IMG/VR virus record: IMGVR_UViG_3300009537_002640 | Location: 1-64,000 of that record | Strand: one strand, 5' to 3' | Length of the DNA: 64,000 bases | Shown here: piece by piece, positions 35,806-45,720 of the stretch | Position numbering within the stretch: the stretch's first letter is position 1 | Layout of the letters: each line of letters begins with the position of its first letter | Notes under the pieces: generated by a model | The model's database searches: none | What the model was told of the DNA's origin: nothing | What the model saw: only the letters and a program-made list of their open reading frames with translations | Made by a program: the position numbers and the translations under genes

Positions 35806-37288
35806 TAGTTAACCCTTTCTTGCTTGGTAGCTTGATTTTAAACCCTGCTTCGCTTCTATATATTTCTACTCTCTTTGCAGTATGGTTTAGCAGATATTTA
35901 GCATCGTCTATAAAATCTACTACTATTGCATCGGTCTTTCCTTTAGCAGGGCGAATAACCCTGCCAATACGCTGTAATGCCCTGGTTGAAGATTTGCCAG
36001 AGCCAGCTAATATTAGTGCATCCAGATTCGGAAGATTGATTCCCTGGTCATACACGACACTGGCAATGATTACATCTATCTTGCCACTAAGGAAATCCTG
36101 TCGAATCCTGTTGCGTTCTTCTGAGTCTACGTCGCCCCTTACAAAGTATATTACAAGATCTTCATCGAATTTGGAAAGTAAAATCTCCCCATGCTTGATA
36201 TTTTTTACTAAGATTAGGACTTTTCTGCCTTTTTCCAATAGCTTATTGGCGCACTTAACAATCTTGTCATTGCGCACATCATTCTCTACAACAAACGTCT
36301 TATATATAGAGGGGTATTTTTCAGGCAGAATCCCTTCATAGGCGGGAACATTAAGCAAATGAATAGTGGGCTGAACCAACCAACCATCTTTTATCAGCTC
36401 TGTGGCAGTAACCTCAACTATCTGTTTACCACAAACAGCCTCTAACAACAGATCAGCACCATCATCTCTAAATGGTGTGCCGCTAAACCCGTATTTGAAA
36501 TAGGCAGATTCGCTGGCGTTATTTATGGTTTGCATAGTTTGTGTTGCTAAGAATTGACATTCATCAAAGATAATCATCTCGGAAGCTTTAATCGCCTTTG
36601 CTATCTTTTCCTTGTTTTTGTCGTCGAACTTTTCTTTCTTAACAACATCTTCATCATCAAACGATTTATATTCTTCGCCCAGGGCACTTGCCGCTGTCCA
36701 TACGCTACATACATTTATCTTCTTAATGATAGCTTGTCCGTCACCGATGATGCCTACTTCTGTGCCAAGCATCTCCTCAAACGTTTCCTTCATTTGATAT
36801 AGCAGGTCTACGCCTATAACGTACACCATTGTCTTAACATTGGTTTCTGCTATGAGACGAGTAATCATTACAGACTTGCCACTACCTGTGGCTGCCTTAA
36901 CTATGCCTCCCTTGTGTTGTAGGCATGCTTGGTGCACTCGGTCTTGGTATGGCCTGCTTTCAATCTTTTTGGTTTTGATTTTGCGCTTGAGCTTAACTTC
37001 CTTGCGCTGGTCATCGATGGTGAACTTTACATTGTAGTTTTGAAGAATGTTGGTTACTTTGTGTAAAAGGCCAGTGTGAAAGCGCAACTTACCGTCCAGT
37101 AGGTGATTCCTACCATCCCATTTTTCCCACTTCTTGTTTTTGCTATTCCACCAGCCCGTCTTAAAAGCTTTGGTAAATTGATAGCCCTGAACATAGTAGC
37201 TTAATGCTTTATCTAACTTGTATTTAACATCACTACTTTCCAGTCCGTCAATCTTGGAATAGACGTTGTTTACAATTATAGTAACCAT
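35726..37288 (-). CDS. Superfamily 2 helicase (UvsW/RAD25-like)
   Basis: SRPYQ, AATGSGKS, IFDECQ, FGFSGTPFR, GINLPNL, LQRIGRVIR. Confidence 0.92.
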   Translation of the reverse strand: MVTIIVNNVYSKIDGLESSDVKYKLDKALSYYVQGYQFTKAFKTGWWNSKNKKWEKWDGRNHLLDGKLRFHTGLLHKVTNILQNYNVKFTIDDQRKEVKLKRKIKTKKIESRPYQDRVHQACLQHKGGIVKAATGSGKSVMITRLIAETNVKTMVYVIGVDLLYQMKETFEEMLGTEVGIIGDGQAIIKKINVCSVWTAASALGEEYKSFDDEDVVKKEKFDDKNKEKIAKAIKASEMIIFDECQFLATQTMQTINNASESAYFKYGFSGTPFRDDGADLLLEAVCGKQIVEVTATELIKDGWLVQPTIHLLNVPAYEGILPEKYPSIYKTFVVENDVRNDKIVKCANKLLEKGRKVLILVKNIKHGEILLSKFDEDLVIYFVRGDVDSEERNRIRQDFLSGKIDVIIASVVYDQGINLPNLDALILAGSGKSSTRALQRIGRVIRPAKGKTDAIVVDFIDDAKYLLNHTAKRVEIYRSEAGFKIKLPSKKGLTNDTDQKAKAKKSKPVQKRNRRGKVSW

Positions 37289-37294
37289 TACTCA

Positions 37295-38728
37295 TTAGCG
37301 TCTACGCCTATCTACCACCCTCTTAGAGTTCTTTGTTAGCTTGCCCATCGCAGAGTTCTTTGCGGTAATCTTCTTGTGCAATGCATCTGCTGCGCTAACA
37401 GTCTGAGTCTTTCCAAGGTCGATGTTCATAGTCTCCGCACGAGTACTTTCTTTACCCTCTAGTGCCTTCATATGACGCTCAGCCTCAGCCTTAAGTTCTT
37501 TCACTCGTTCCTCTGGTAGTCCCAATCCACTGAAGAAAGTATAAATCTTCAAACTGTCTTCGTGGCCCGGAACTTCATAAACACCACGGAACACACGAGT
37601 TCCCTCGTTGCATATCTTGCTTACCATAGCAAATCCGTATTCTAGGTTTGCTGCTGGAACTTCCTCAAGCGCCTTCTTGCTACCAGTAACAATAACACCA
37701 GCCGAACGAGTTTGACCTAGATTGAAGTCAGCAGACAACAGCCCGCTTTCTAAACTGGTTAGCATAGCCTCAGCTACTGCCTCGTCCTCTAGGTAATCTT
37801 CAACTTCAATCATACCGTATAGAGCACAGTCACCAGTTCCCACAAAGACTCTCGAAAAGTCCATTGGGTCTAGAGAAGTGTGTTCGGATGGATTAGCTGA
37901 AAGCTTGTTGAACAAGTGAATAGGCTCAACAATAGCAGTGTTTGCTGTCTTCCAGAATTGTGCCATGGACATACCAGGATACATAAGCTCAATCTTAGCA
38001 TTATCCACAACGAACAGTGAGTTGATTACATCACTGCTTGCCATCTTAGCCAACTTAGCTAAAGTTTGAATGGAGTTGTGCTTAGATAAGCTATCCTCAC
38101 TGGACATGGGTAGCACATATAGCACAGACAATGGCTTGCCTAATTGTGACATAAGGCTCACCATAGTTTCGGCAGAACCTGAACCAGTACCACCACCACC
38201 AGAGACGCATAACAAGAGAATCTCAGTATCCTCTAGATGCTCCTCTAGGTGTTTTAGAATTTCATCAGAATATGTCTCTGCTGCAGCTTTACCAGTATCT
38301 AGGTCCTTACCTGCACCGCCGAGAGCATAGTCCAAAAATAACTTTTGAGCCTCTGGAATATGAACATGCTTCAAATCCTGAGTAGCTGTGTTGATAGCAA
38401 CAGTGCTGTAGCCTCGACCATAAAACTCCTCGGCCAACTTAGACCCACACTGTCCAACACCAACAACTCCAAGATTAACGCTCCTATCCTGTTGCTCTAC
38501 TAACATAACGGTCATATCCTCTTCCTCCGTTGGTTGCTCTTGCTCTTTACGCATCTCTTGTTTTTCTTTTAGAACGTCATCAAGCGAAGCCATATTTGGC
38601 CTTCTAGCCTTTAGCTCTGCTTCAAGACGAGCATTTTCTTCTACAATCTCGCCATCTGTTTTGATTCTTTTTGGCTGCCCATCCGAATCAACTACGACAA
38701 CTCGATTTCCTTTTTCCTCTTCCGACAT
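37295..38728 (-). CDS. Tubulin/FtsZ-superfamily GTPase (PhuZ/TubZ/CetZ-like)
   Basis: GVVGVGQCGSKL, AINTATQDL, GAGKD, tubulin signature GGGTGSG, VVDN. Has a ~80 aa acidic N-terminal extension and a basic C-terminal tail. Confidence 0.9.
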   Translation of the reverse strand: MSEEEKGNRVVVVDSDGQPKRIKTDGEIVEENARLEAELKARRPNMASLDDVLKEKQEMRKEQEQPTEEEDMTVMLVEQQDRSVNLGVVGVGQCGSKLAEEFYGRGYSTVAINTATQDLKHVHIPEAQKLFLDYALGGAGKDLDTGKAAAETYSDEILKHLEEHLEDTEILLLCVSGGGGTGSGSAETMVSLMSQLGKPLSVLYVLPMSSEDSLSKHNSIQTLAKLAKMASSDVINSLFVVDNAKIELMYPGMSMAQFWKTANTAIVEPIHLFNKLSANPSEHTSLDPMDFSRVFVGTGDCALYGMIEVEDYLEDEAVAEAMLTSLESGLLSADFNLGQTRSAGVIVTGSKKALEEVPAANLEYGFAMVSKICNEGTRVFRGVYEVPGHEDSLKIYTFFSGLGLPEERVKELKAEAERHMKALEGKESTRAETMNIDLGKTQTVSAADALHKKITAKNSAMGKLTKNSKRVVDRRRR

Positions 38729-38729
38729 T

Positions 38730-39473
38730 TTAATCTCCTGTCACTAAGTCATAGAACTTATCATACTTAGTTGTGTCTAATGATACATCGTTTGGTAAGT
38801 CTACGTCCTTAATATCTGCTCTTGACATAGGCTTAACGTTAACGTTTCGTCTTCTTGCTAGTTCATAAATCGATTTTCTATCTGTACCCACATTGATAAT
38901 ACCAGTTAGCTCTGTGTCTGGAAAACAATGCAGCAAAAAGCTTATCTTGTCAGCTATAACATCAACATAGTCTGCTGAAGAGTACAAATCATCAAATGCC
39001 TTTGGGTATGGCCATGGTGTATTTGGCTTAAAGCTGGTTCTTATTATCAAGTCGTTAGCATCATACCATGCTTCTCCCATAAGCTTTGTGCAGGCATAGT
39101 AGTTTATGGGCCGCGTTCTATCTGTCTCTTTATATATTCCCTTGTCTCCAGGATAAACATAATCAGTGGAGATATATATCACAGGAAGCCCATATGTTCT
39201 GGCCCAACGCTTTACATTCATAGCGCCCTCTACATTTATCCTTACCGCCTGGAGCCTTCCCTCTTCAGTTTCTGCCCCAGGTACATTTGTATAGGCGGCA
39301 CAATGCACTATACCCCTGATTCGATGATAATTGCTTACCAAACTCTCAGGCGCATGTCTCAATAATACATCAGCATCATCGCTGCTGGGAGCTAAATAAC
39401 TGATGCCGTGTTCTGGAGCAATCTTTTGTAATTCGGTTCCTAGCACTCCGGAACCACCAGTCATAAAGTACAT
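38730..39473 (-). CDS. rmlD: dTDP-4-dehydrorhamnose reductase-like SDR
   Basis: TGGSGVLG, VHCAAYTNV, YISTDYVY, PINYYACTKLMGE. Confidence 0.88.
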   Translation of the reverse strand: MYFMTGGSGVLGTELQKIAPEHGISYLAPSSDDADVLLRHAPESLVSNYHRIRGIVHCAAYTNVPGAETEEGRLQAVRINVEGAMNVKRWARTYGLPVIYISTDYVYPGDKGIYKETDRTRPINYYACTKLMGEAWYDANDLIIRTSFKPNTPWPYPKAFDDLYSSADYVDVIADKISFLLHCFPDTELTGIINVGTDRKSIYELARRRNVNVKPMSRADIKDVDLPNDVSLDTTKYDKFYDLVTGD

Positions 39474-39643
39474 CTTCCATACTTCCTGAAGAAATCAAAA
39501 ATCTTCCTTGCTTGCTCATTAAACACAACAGCGGTATCAAGATAATCGCGCACAGCAATAGTGGCAGACTCGATAGATTGCTTTTGAGCTAATAGAGCCA
39601 CGTAAGTAAACCTAATCTCATTTTGAACGCCAGAACCACCCAT
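39461..39643 (-). CDS. Possible small hypothetical protein
   Basis: Fills the gap between rmlB and rmlD and overlaps both. Confidence 0.4.
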   Translation of the reverse strand: MGGSGVQNEIRFTYVALLAQKQSIESATIAVRDYLDTAVVFNEQARKIFDFFRKYGRCTL

Positions 39644-40613
39644 TTGCTTTGTACCATCCTATTGTGTGTGCTAGAGCCTCTTCAAAAGAATATAGGGGCT
39701 TCCAGCCAGTGTGTTCAGTAATCTTAGAGCAATCTACAGAATACCTTCTATCATGTCCGGGCCTGTCTTTAACATAGGTAAGCAGCTCTTTGCCACCCAT
39801 TATGTCAAAAATAGCCTCTAAAACTTCTACATTTTGTTTTTCGCATCCAGAACTAATATTGTATGTCTCGCCCACTACACCTTTTTTAACCAGGGCTACT
39901 AATGCACCAAAGTTATCCTTCACATATATCCACTCTCGACAGTTCTTTCCATCCCCATATAGCGGGATGCTTTTTCCGGTCAAGATATTTGTGATGGTTT
40001 TTGGAATGAACTTTTCTACATGTTGGCGAGGCCCATAGTTATTAGAGCAGCGAGTGGTAATTACGGGCAAGTTGTGGGTTATGTAATACGAATAGCCCAA
40101 TAGGTCGGCTGATGCTTTGGTGCTAGAGTATGGGCTTCTGGGTTGTAGGGGGTCAGTTTCTAATGAACTACCTTCCTCAACAGACCCATATACCTCATCG
40201 GTGCTTATGTTGATAAACTTCTGAGGGGTGTGCACGTGCAATGCTGCTTCTAACATACTATGAGTGCCTAAGACGTTGGTTTTAACGAACTCATCTGCAC
40301 TATTTATGGAATTATCCACATGAGATTCAGCAGCACCGTGTATCACTATATCGGGCTTTTCCATCTCGAAAACTTTATTGACAAAATGCTTATCACATAC
40401 ATCGCCCAGATAAAACTTGTGACGCTTGTTGAAGATATCACTATTGTGAGATATGTTGTATCGAGAGCCAGCATAAGTCAGCTTATCTATACTAACCAAA
40501 TCCCACTTAGTTTCTTGTAAAGCATATATGATAAAGTTGGAGAATATGAACCCGCAACTTCCTGTAACTAAAACTTTCATTCTTCTTCCTCGCATAAAAA
40601 CTTCTCTATCCAT
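39618..40613 (-). CDS. rmlB: dTDP-glucose 4,6-dehydratase (probable start ATG 40580)
   Basis: VTGSCGFI, DKLTYAG, HGAAESHVDNS, ISTDEVYG, PRSPYSSTKA, NNYGPRQ..EKFIP, DRPGHDRRYS. Confidence 0.95.
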   Translation of the reverse strand: MDREVFMRGRRMKVLVTGSCGFIFSNFIIYALQETKWDLVSIDKLTYAGSRYNISHNSDIFNKRHKFYLGDVCDKHFVNKVFEMEKPDIVIHGAAESHVDNSINSADEFVKTNVLGTHSMLEAALHVHTPQKFINISTDEVYGSVEEGSSLETDPLQPRSPYSSTKASADLLGYSYYITHNLPVITTRCSNNYGPRQHVEKFIPKTITNILTGKSIPLYGDGKNCREWIYVKDNFGALVALVKKGVVGETYNISSGCEKQNVEVLEAIFDIMGGKELLTYVKDRPGHDRRYSVDCSKITEHTGWKPLYSFEEALAHTIGWYKANGWFWRSK

Positions 40614-40825
40614 GTAACATACTGTGGCTTTTTCACAGGCGGCAATGACATTTTTAGAGTAGCTGGAGCAACATTGCTATTTAGCACCTTACTACGAAAC
40701 TCATCGTATTCTTTATAGAAACCTACAAGCTCTGAAACCTGTACTCTAATTCTATCTGGCTTCAGTAGAGCTTTGTATATCCACTTAAGTTCTCTTTTTA
40801 CTGGTATTCTTTTACTTGTCATCAA
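40577..40825 (-). CDS. Hypothetical protein
   Basis: ORF whose stop overlaps the rmlB start (ATGA). Confidence 0.6.
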   Translation of the reverse strand: MMTSKRIPVKRELKWIYKALLKPDRIRVQVSELVGFYKEYDEFRSKVLNSNVAPATLKMSLPPVKKPQYVTWIEKFLCEEEE

Positions 40826-41801
40826 AAACTATAGACCTAAAAGTATCGATTTCTTGAGCAGACACTTTTGCTTCCTTAGCACCATGCATATTACACTCTG
40901 CATAACGCTGAATGGAACCACCAGCATCTCCCCAGTATCCATTAACCATCTTATACGCCAGCTTGCCTTGCTTAGCGTAATAATCATTAACACTACTGAT
41001 TTCTAACTCGCCTCTTTCACTTGGGCTTGTTGTGTCGATAGTATTAAAAACATCATAGTCGAACATGTAAAGACCCACAACAGCTAAGTCACTCGCAGGA
41101 TTCTCTGGCTTCTCTACAATCTCCACTACCTTTTCATTCTCCACTTGAGCTACGCCATACGCCCTTGGGTTGTCTACATGCTTCAGCCACACACAAGCTT
41201 TGGTGTTTTCGTCTAGCTTAACCTGGTTGTCTATAGCACCAATATCGAATATATTGTCGCCCAAAATACACACTATCTCATCACCAGGTCTAGCAAAATC
41301 CTTAGCAAGATATAATGCTTCGGATACACCGCCCGCCCCTTCTTGAATCTTGTATGAAAAATCCATACCAAACTCTTTACCACTACCAAGCATTTTCATA
41401 GTAGCATTTGTGCCTTCACGGTCAGTAACCACTAAGGCTCGTTTAATACCAAAGTGCTGAAGGGTCTTTACTGGATAGAATATCATCGGAACTAGACCAA
41501 CAGGCAGGGTGTGTTTGTTCTGATACATAGTTAGCGGATACAGGCGTGTACCCTTTCCACCACAAAGTATAACACCAACCCTATCGTCTCTTCCAAAACT
41601 CTGCACCTTGGTTGCTATCTTAAAGCAATTACGACATCTTGTAACTAGGTTGGACAGGTGCCATGTTAATCTTCCCGCTCGTGGAACTAAAGGCTCTACT
41701 ATAAGGTCGTTTACCTCGTCTCCTGTAGTACCACAATGTCTGCATCGATGAGCATCTCTTTCTAAACATAATGCTTTCGCGTCATTTATACTATAACTCA
41801 T
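40812..41801 (-). CDS. rmlA: Glucose-1-phosphate thymidylyltransferase-like nucleotidyltransferase fused to an N-terminal degenerate HNH/Zn domain
   Basis: ILCGGKGTRLYPLT...NKH, LGDNIF, PRAYGVA, VEKP, AVVGLY, PSERGELEI. N-terminus has CRHCG...NLVTRCRNC. Confidence 0.88.
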   Translation of the reverse strand: MSYSINDAKALCLERDAHRCRHCGTTGDEVNDLIVEPLVPRAGRLTWHLSNLVTRCRNCFKIATKVQSFGRDDRVGVILCGGKGTRLYPLTMYQNKHTLPVGLVPMIFYPVKTLQHFGIKRALVVTDREGTNATMKMLGSGKEFGMDFSYKIQEGAGGVSEALYLAKDFARPGDEIVCILGDNIFDIGAIDNQVKLDENTKACVWLKHVDNPRAYGVAQVENEKVVEIVEKPENPASDLAVVGLYMFDYDVFNTIDTTSPSERGELEISSVNDYYAKQGKLAYKMVNGYWGDAGGSIQRYAECNMHGAKEAKVSAQEIDTFRSIVFDDK

Positions 41802-41802
41802 T

Positions 41803-42699
41803 CTACACCGCCTTATTACTTAATCCCAAGTCTATGGCATCTACTCTGCGTATATCCATCATTTGGGTATTCCTAATGCCTATCTTACCCAGTTTATTAA
41901 AGGCATTATCCAATACGTATATGTGCCCTGTGCGACGATTTCTGTTTTTTCTGATAGGGCTGATTCCTGAACTTCCTACCAAAATAAAATCCGATGATAC
42001 TGCCAATCCTCTTGTAAAGGATTTTTCATCGCACTCAAATACCACCTTTCCATTACACAATAACGTTCCTTCTTCCGAATTACAAATCAGCTCTTTTTCG
42101 TCGTCCTTATAGAAGTTATGAGCGCTAGAGCAATCAGTAAGTATCGATTCGCCTAGATTATGAAAAGTCTTGTCGTATACAAATACTTCGCTTTTCTTTC
42201 CAGTTTTGAAAGTCTCATTATGTGCCAAAACATAAGCCTTATCATCCGTGGCAAAAATAGAGTTCATATGACAATATTCTCGTCTAGGGGTCAGCCAACT
42301 AGCAAAATTGCTGAAACCCAAGACTTTATCGCTTAAATACGGCTCTCTAAAGGTCAATATACGATTCTCAAGCGTATCAGCAACTACCAGTTCATTACCA
42401 ATGAAGTCTATTTGATGTATGGCTTTACTCAAACCATCTATCCGCACTCTTAAATTATACCCCTTTTGATCTCTAATGTTAAACGATACCACGAAGCCTT
42501 TTTCATTATCTTGTGCGAATACCCACCACTCATCCTTATACTTAGTAATACCATAAGCCAGCGGAACACTTAGTATTTTCTTAAACTCTGTGCCATCGAA
42601 GTATAATATCCCATTACTCGTGGTTGAAACTAAAAAGTTAATAGGAGGGATATAACCATCTACATCAAACTTGGTAAAGCTCGAATTATCTAGCTCCAT
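41803..42699 (-). CDS. Beta-propeller-like hypothetical protein
   Basis: Short beta-strand repeats (HQIDF, CHMNSIF, SAHNF, FTRGLAV). Confidence 0.6.
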   Translation of the reverse strand: MELDNSSFTKFDVDGYIPPINFLVSTTSNGILYFDGTEFKKILSVPLAYGITKYKDEWWVFAQDNEKGFVVSFNIRDQKGYNLRVRIDGLSKAIHQIDFIGNELVVADTLENRILTFREPYLSDKVLGFSNFASWLTPRREYCHMNSIFATDDKAYVLAHNETFKTGKKSEVFVYDKTFHNLGESILTDCSSAHNFYKDDEKELICNSEEGTLLCNGKVVFECDEKSFTRGLAVSSDFILVGSSGISPIRKNRNRRTGHIYVLDNAFNKLGKIGIRNTQMMDIRRVDAIDLGLSNKAV

Positions 42700-43016
42700 T
42701 AGCTTGCCTCTATAACCACCTCGTCTTCAACAAGCTTAGTTCCTGTCTCTAAAATTGTAGCATCGCCTCTAACAGCTACAAATCCATGCATAACCTTAGG
42801 CGGTATGTGTATCTCTGTACCCTCATTGAGCAGCTTGCTTTGCCCCTCTATCTTAGCCTGAACTATTCCTTGCAAAACAAATATGGTCTTCTCTCGCACT
42901 TTATGGTACAAGTAAGGAGTCTTCTCTCCCTCTTTGATAACAAACACGCGACTTGAGTAGTTATCTCTGTCGGCACATACTATCTCGTGTCCCCATAAAT
43001 GCTTCTTGGTTTCCAT
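42699..43016 (-). CDS. Cupin-domain protein (sugar isomerase-like)
   Basis: HLWGHE, YH...EKT.FVLQG, IPPKVMH. Confidence 0.8.
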   Translation of the reverse strand: METKKHLWGHEIVCADRDNYSSRVFVIKEGEKTPYLYHKVREKTIFVLQGIVQAKIEGQSKLLNEGTEIHIPPKVMHGFVAVRGDATILETGTKLVEDEVVIEAS

Positions 43017-43888
43017 TATTCATCCTCGTCTTCTCTACTAACGGCGCTTGGAATCTCTTCCCAGTCTTTACTTGGTCTATCTTCCAAGTTCTGTTCCCAT
43101 GATGCCTCAAGTAACATAGGGTCTACACCACGGTTTCTAGCAAAAGCTATAAGTGCGTTTACATCTTTAGGGAAACATGCACCGGAATATCCTCTTTGCC
43201 CATCCCAGCCTGGCACGTTAGCATGTGAACGACCTATACGACCATCCGATAGTATCATATCTCGTACTTCATCAAAGTCTAGCCCTAATCCTTGGCATAG
43301 CTCATATATAAAGTTGAAGTAGGATATCTTGACAGCAAAGAAACAATTTGCTCCGTATTTGGTCAACTCTGCTGCCTCCCAACCGCAACGATAAATGGGA
43401 GTAGAGTTTCCAAACCTATAGCGATAGATTTCTTCCATTTTATCGCCTACCCATTGTTCCTCTGCACCTATGATAATTCTGGATGCGCAAATGAAATCTA
43501 GCCTGTTGTTTCTGGCAGTCAAAAATTCTGGATTCATAACAAAGTTCAGATTATCGTACTTGTTGGCAAACTGTCGTGTCGAGCCCGGGACAACCGTAGA
43601 CTTAATTACAACTATCTTCTTGTCTTCAGGTTTAGCCAACTCATTAATATTGGCAAGATTCTCATCTATTATGCTCAGGTCTATAGCCCCAGTATTCATA
43701 TTCATGGGCGTGGGTAGACCAATCCATATCACATCAGCATGGTCTACCACATCCTCGATACTGTCATAATCCATAAACTTGTCATGAATCTTAATATCGG
43801 CATGTAGTCCAAAGCCATGAGCAATGGCAGTTCCTAAAAACCCATACCCCACTAAACCAAAATTGTATTTCTTTACATCAACTGTCAT
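43016..43888 (-). CDS. ugd: UDP-glucose/GDP-mannose dehydrogenase family (short phage type)
   Basis: GYGFLG, GLPTP, IKSTVVPG, NPEFL, AELTKYGAN, GYSGACFPKD. Confidence 0.9.
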   Translation of the reverse strand: MTVDVKKYNFGLVGYGFLGTAIAHGFGLHADIKIHDKFMDYDSIEDVVDHADVIWIGLPTPMNMNTGAIDLSIIDENLANINELAKPEDKKIVVIKSTVVPGSTRQFANKYDNLNFVMNPEFLTARNNRLDFICASRIIIGAEEQWVGDKMEEIYRYRFGNSTPIYRCGWEAAELTKYGANCFFAVKISYFNFIYELCQGLGLDFDEVRDMILSDGRIGRSHANVPGWDGQRGYSGACFPKDVNALIAFARNRGVDPMLLEASWEQNLEDRPSKDWEEIPSAVSREDEDE

Positions 43889-43891
43889 TAC

Positions 43892-44125
43892 TTACCCCGT
43901 ATATCCGTATATCATAATGCATCCGCACTGTCCTTCAGGACATCCGCCGCAAGCTGATTCTGCATCTCGTCGAGAATATTCATCGAGTTGCCCAGCCAAT
44001 TGCAAATGCTTCAGAACTGTTAATACAGATGGTATTTCAGCATATGGCACTTTGATAACAAAATCACTGCTAGGATTATTTGAATCAGCATCTTTAAGTA
44101 ATGCCTCTACTTGGTGTCTACGCAT
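43892..44125 (-). CDS. Hypothetical protein, Cys-rich C-terminus
   Basis: CGGCPEGQCGC; tightly packed with neighbours. Confidence 0.55.
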   Translation of the reverse strand: MRRHQVEALLKDADSNNPSSDFVIKVPYAEIPSVLTVLKHLQLAGQLDEYSRRDAESACGGCPEGQCGCIMIYGYTG

Positions 44126-44126
44126 T

Positions 44127-44447
44127 TTATGCCTCCCTAAGAGTTTTATTTCGTTTTTCTACCTCTTCTTTAGCATCTTCCAATGTTCCAAAAACATTTT
44201 CTTCATAGCACCAATCTATAATGTCCTCATTACTATCTACAAGCGAGTAATGATAACCTTGGTCGTCTTGACTCACCCTATTGATCATAAGGATGTCTGG
44301 ATGAACTGCATATCTAGTATCTGTCTTGTGTTTTCCTGTTACTGGCACAGCATAAATCAAATAGGCCGATGCGCCTATCTTATGCTTACTATCATTTCTT
44401 TGCATGTTTACGCACCTCATTTCACTGGGCACCCCGATAGCCACCAC
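44127..44447 (-). CDS. Hypothetical protein
   Basis: Co-directional ORF that fills the gap. Confidence 0.6.
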   Translation of the reverse strand: MVAIGVPSEMRCVNMQRNDSKHKIGASAYLIYAVPVTGKHKTDTRYAVHPDILMINRVSQDDQGYHYSLVDSNEDIIDWCYEENVFGTLEDAKEEVEKRNKTLREA

Positions 44448-45376
44448 TCGGAGGTTAGCTTCATTCCTTCATCAAACTTTATGGTGGGATTATAGCCTAA
44501 AACTTTAACCGCCTTACTGATATCTGCGTGAGATTTTCTCGGGTCTCCTAATCTTGGCGGCGCGTTTTTGCGTTTCAGTGGAGTTTTAAGCAAACTCTGA
44601 ATTGCATCAAAAACATCATTTACGCTGTTATGCTCGCCGCAAGCAATATTAAACCTATCGCCGACAAAACGCTGAGTGCTAGTCGCAGCCAAAATGTTTG
44701 CTTGTACCACATTGTCCACATAACAAAAATCCCTCGACTGTCCCCCATCACCATCTACACGGCACTCTGTTCCAGTCATTCCCGCCTCGAAGAAAGCAGG
44801 TATCACTGTGGCGTATGCAGAATTAGCACGCTGATACTTTCCAAACACATTGAAGTATAGCAAGCTCACCGTATCCAACCCATGAAGTTCGCTGTAAAGC
44901 CTACAGTACTCTGCTCCAGTTTGTTTATGTAGAGCGTAAGGAGACTTTGGTGATGGTGGTGCTGTCTCCGGAGTAGGAAACTGAGCTACCCCGCCATATA
45001 CAGAACTAGAGCAGCTAAATACAACTCGCTTCACACCAGCCTGTCTAGCCGCCTCCAACACACTAAGGGTGCCATGAGTATTAGCAAAGTCTGCCGCGAG
45101 TGGTTCATCTATAGAGAACGATACTCTTGGAAGAGCTGCCAAATGAAACACAACATCGCACCCATGAAAAGCTTGTACTAATGCCTCGGTGTCAGTGATA
45201 TCCAACTTAGTAAACATGTAATGACCTGGCAATTCCATAACACGAATAGGGTCTGCCATTTCATCAAAACCAGTGGATAGATTATCAACACCTACCACAC
45301 ACCAGCCTTTCTTCAGGCAACCCTCTACTAAGTTAGAGCCTATAAATCCAGCACTACCAGTTATTGCTACTTTCAT
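44417..45376 (-). CDS. NAD-dependent nucleotide-sugar epimerase/dehydratase (WbpP/GalE-like)
   Basis: TGSAGFIGSNL, FHLAA, SPYALHK, YFNVFG, SAYATVIP, RDFCYVDNVV. Confidence 0.92.
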   Translation of the reverse strand: MKVAITGSAGFIGSNLVEGCLKKGWCVVGVDNLSTGFDEMADPIRVMELPGHYMFTKLDITDTEALVQAFHGCDVVFHLAALPRVSFSIDEPLAADFANTHGTLSVLEAARQAGVKRVVFSCSSSVYGGVAQFPTPETAPPSPKSPYALHKQTGAEYCRLYSELHGLDTVSLLYFNVFGKYQRANSAYATVIPAFFEAGMTGTECRVDGDGGQSRDFCYVDNVVQANILAATSTQRFVGDRFNIACGEHNSVNDVFDAIQSLLKTPLKRKNAPPRLGDPRKSHADISKAVKVLGYNPTIKFDEGMKLTSEWWLSGCPVK

Positions 45377-45383
45377 CTAAACC

Positions 45384-45683
45384 TCACACCAAATCGCTAA
45401 GTCTACTTCGCAACTGTTCCTCTGTCACCAATCCAACTATAGTGTCTACCACAGTGTCTCCATCAGAAAGCACGATGGTTGGTACAGCTGAAACACGTGC
45501 ATCTGCTGCTCTCTTAGAATCCTGGTCAATATCTACAACCTCAAACTCTATCTTACCCTGAAACTCTTGTGCCAACTTTGCCCAAATAGGCTGAAGCATT
45601 CTGCATGGGGCACACCACTCTGCTTCAAACTTTACTGCCTTAATCATTTTATTCTCTCCAAGTACATTAGCCATCCTTTGCAA
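45384..45683 (-). CDS. trxA: Thioredoxin
   Basis: WCAPC active site, VDID, VPT. Confidence 0.9.
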   Translation of the reverse strand: MQRMANVLGENKMIKAVKFEAEWCAPCRMLQPIWAKLAQEFQGKIEFEVVDIDQDSKRAADARVSAVPTIVLSDGDTVVDTIVGLVTEEQLRSRLSDLV

Positions 45684-45720
45684 ACTACCAGTATGACGGC
45701 TATCAATATAAGCTTTGTTA

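Noticed and set aside
37295-38728. Claiming a nucleus-forming phage from the tubulin gene
   Set aside because: No chimallin or multisubunit phage RNAP is recognisable in this window, and tubulins also occur in non-nucleus phages and plasmids.
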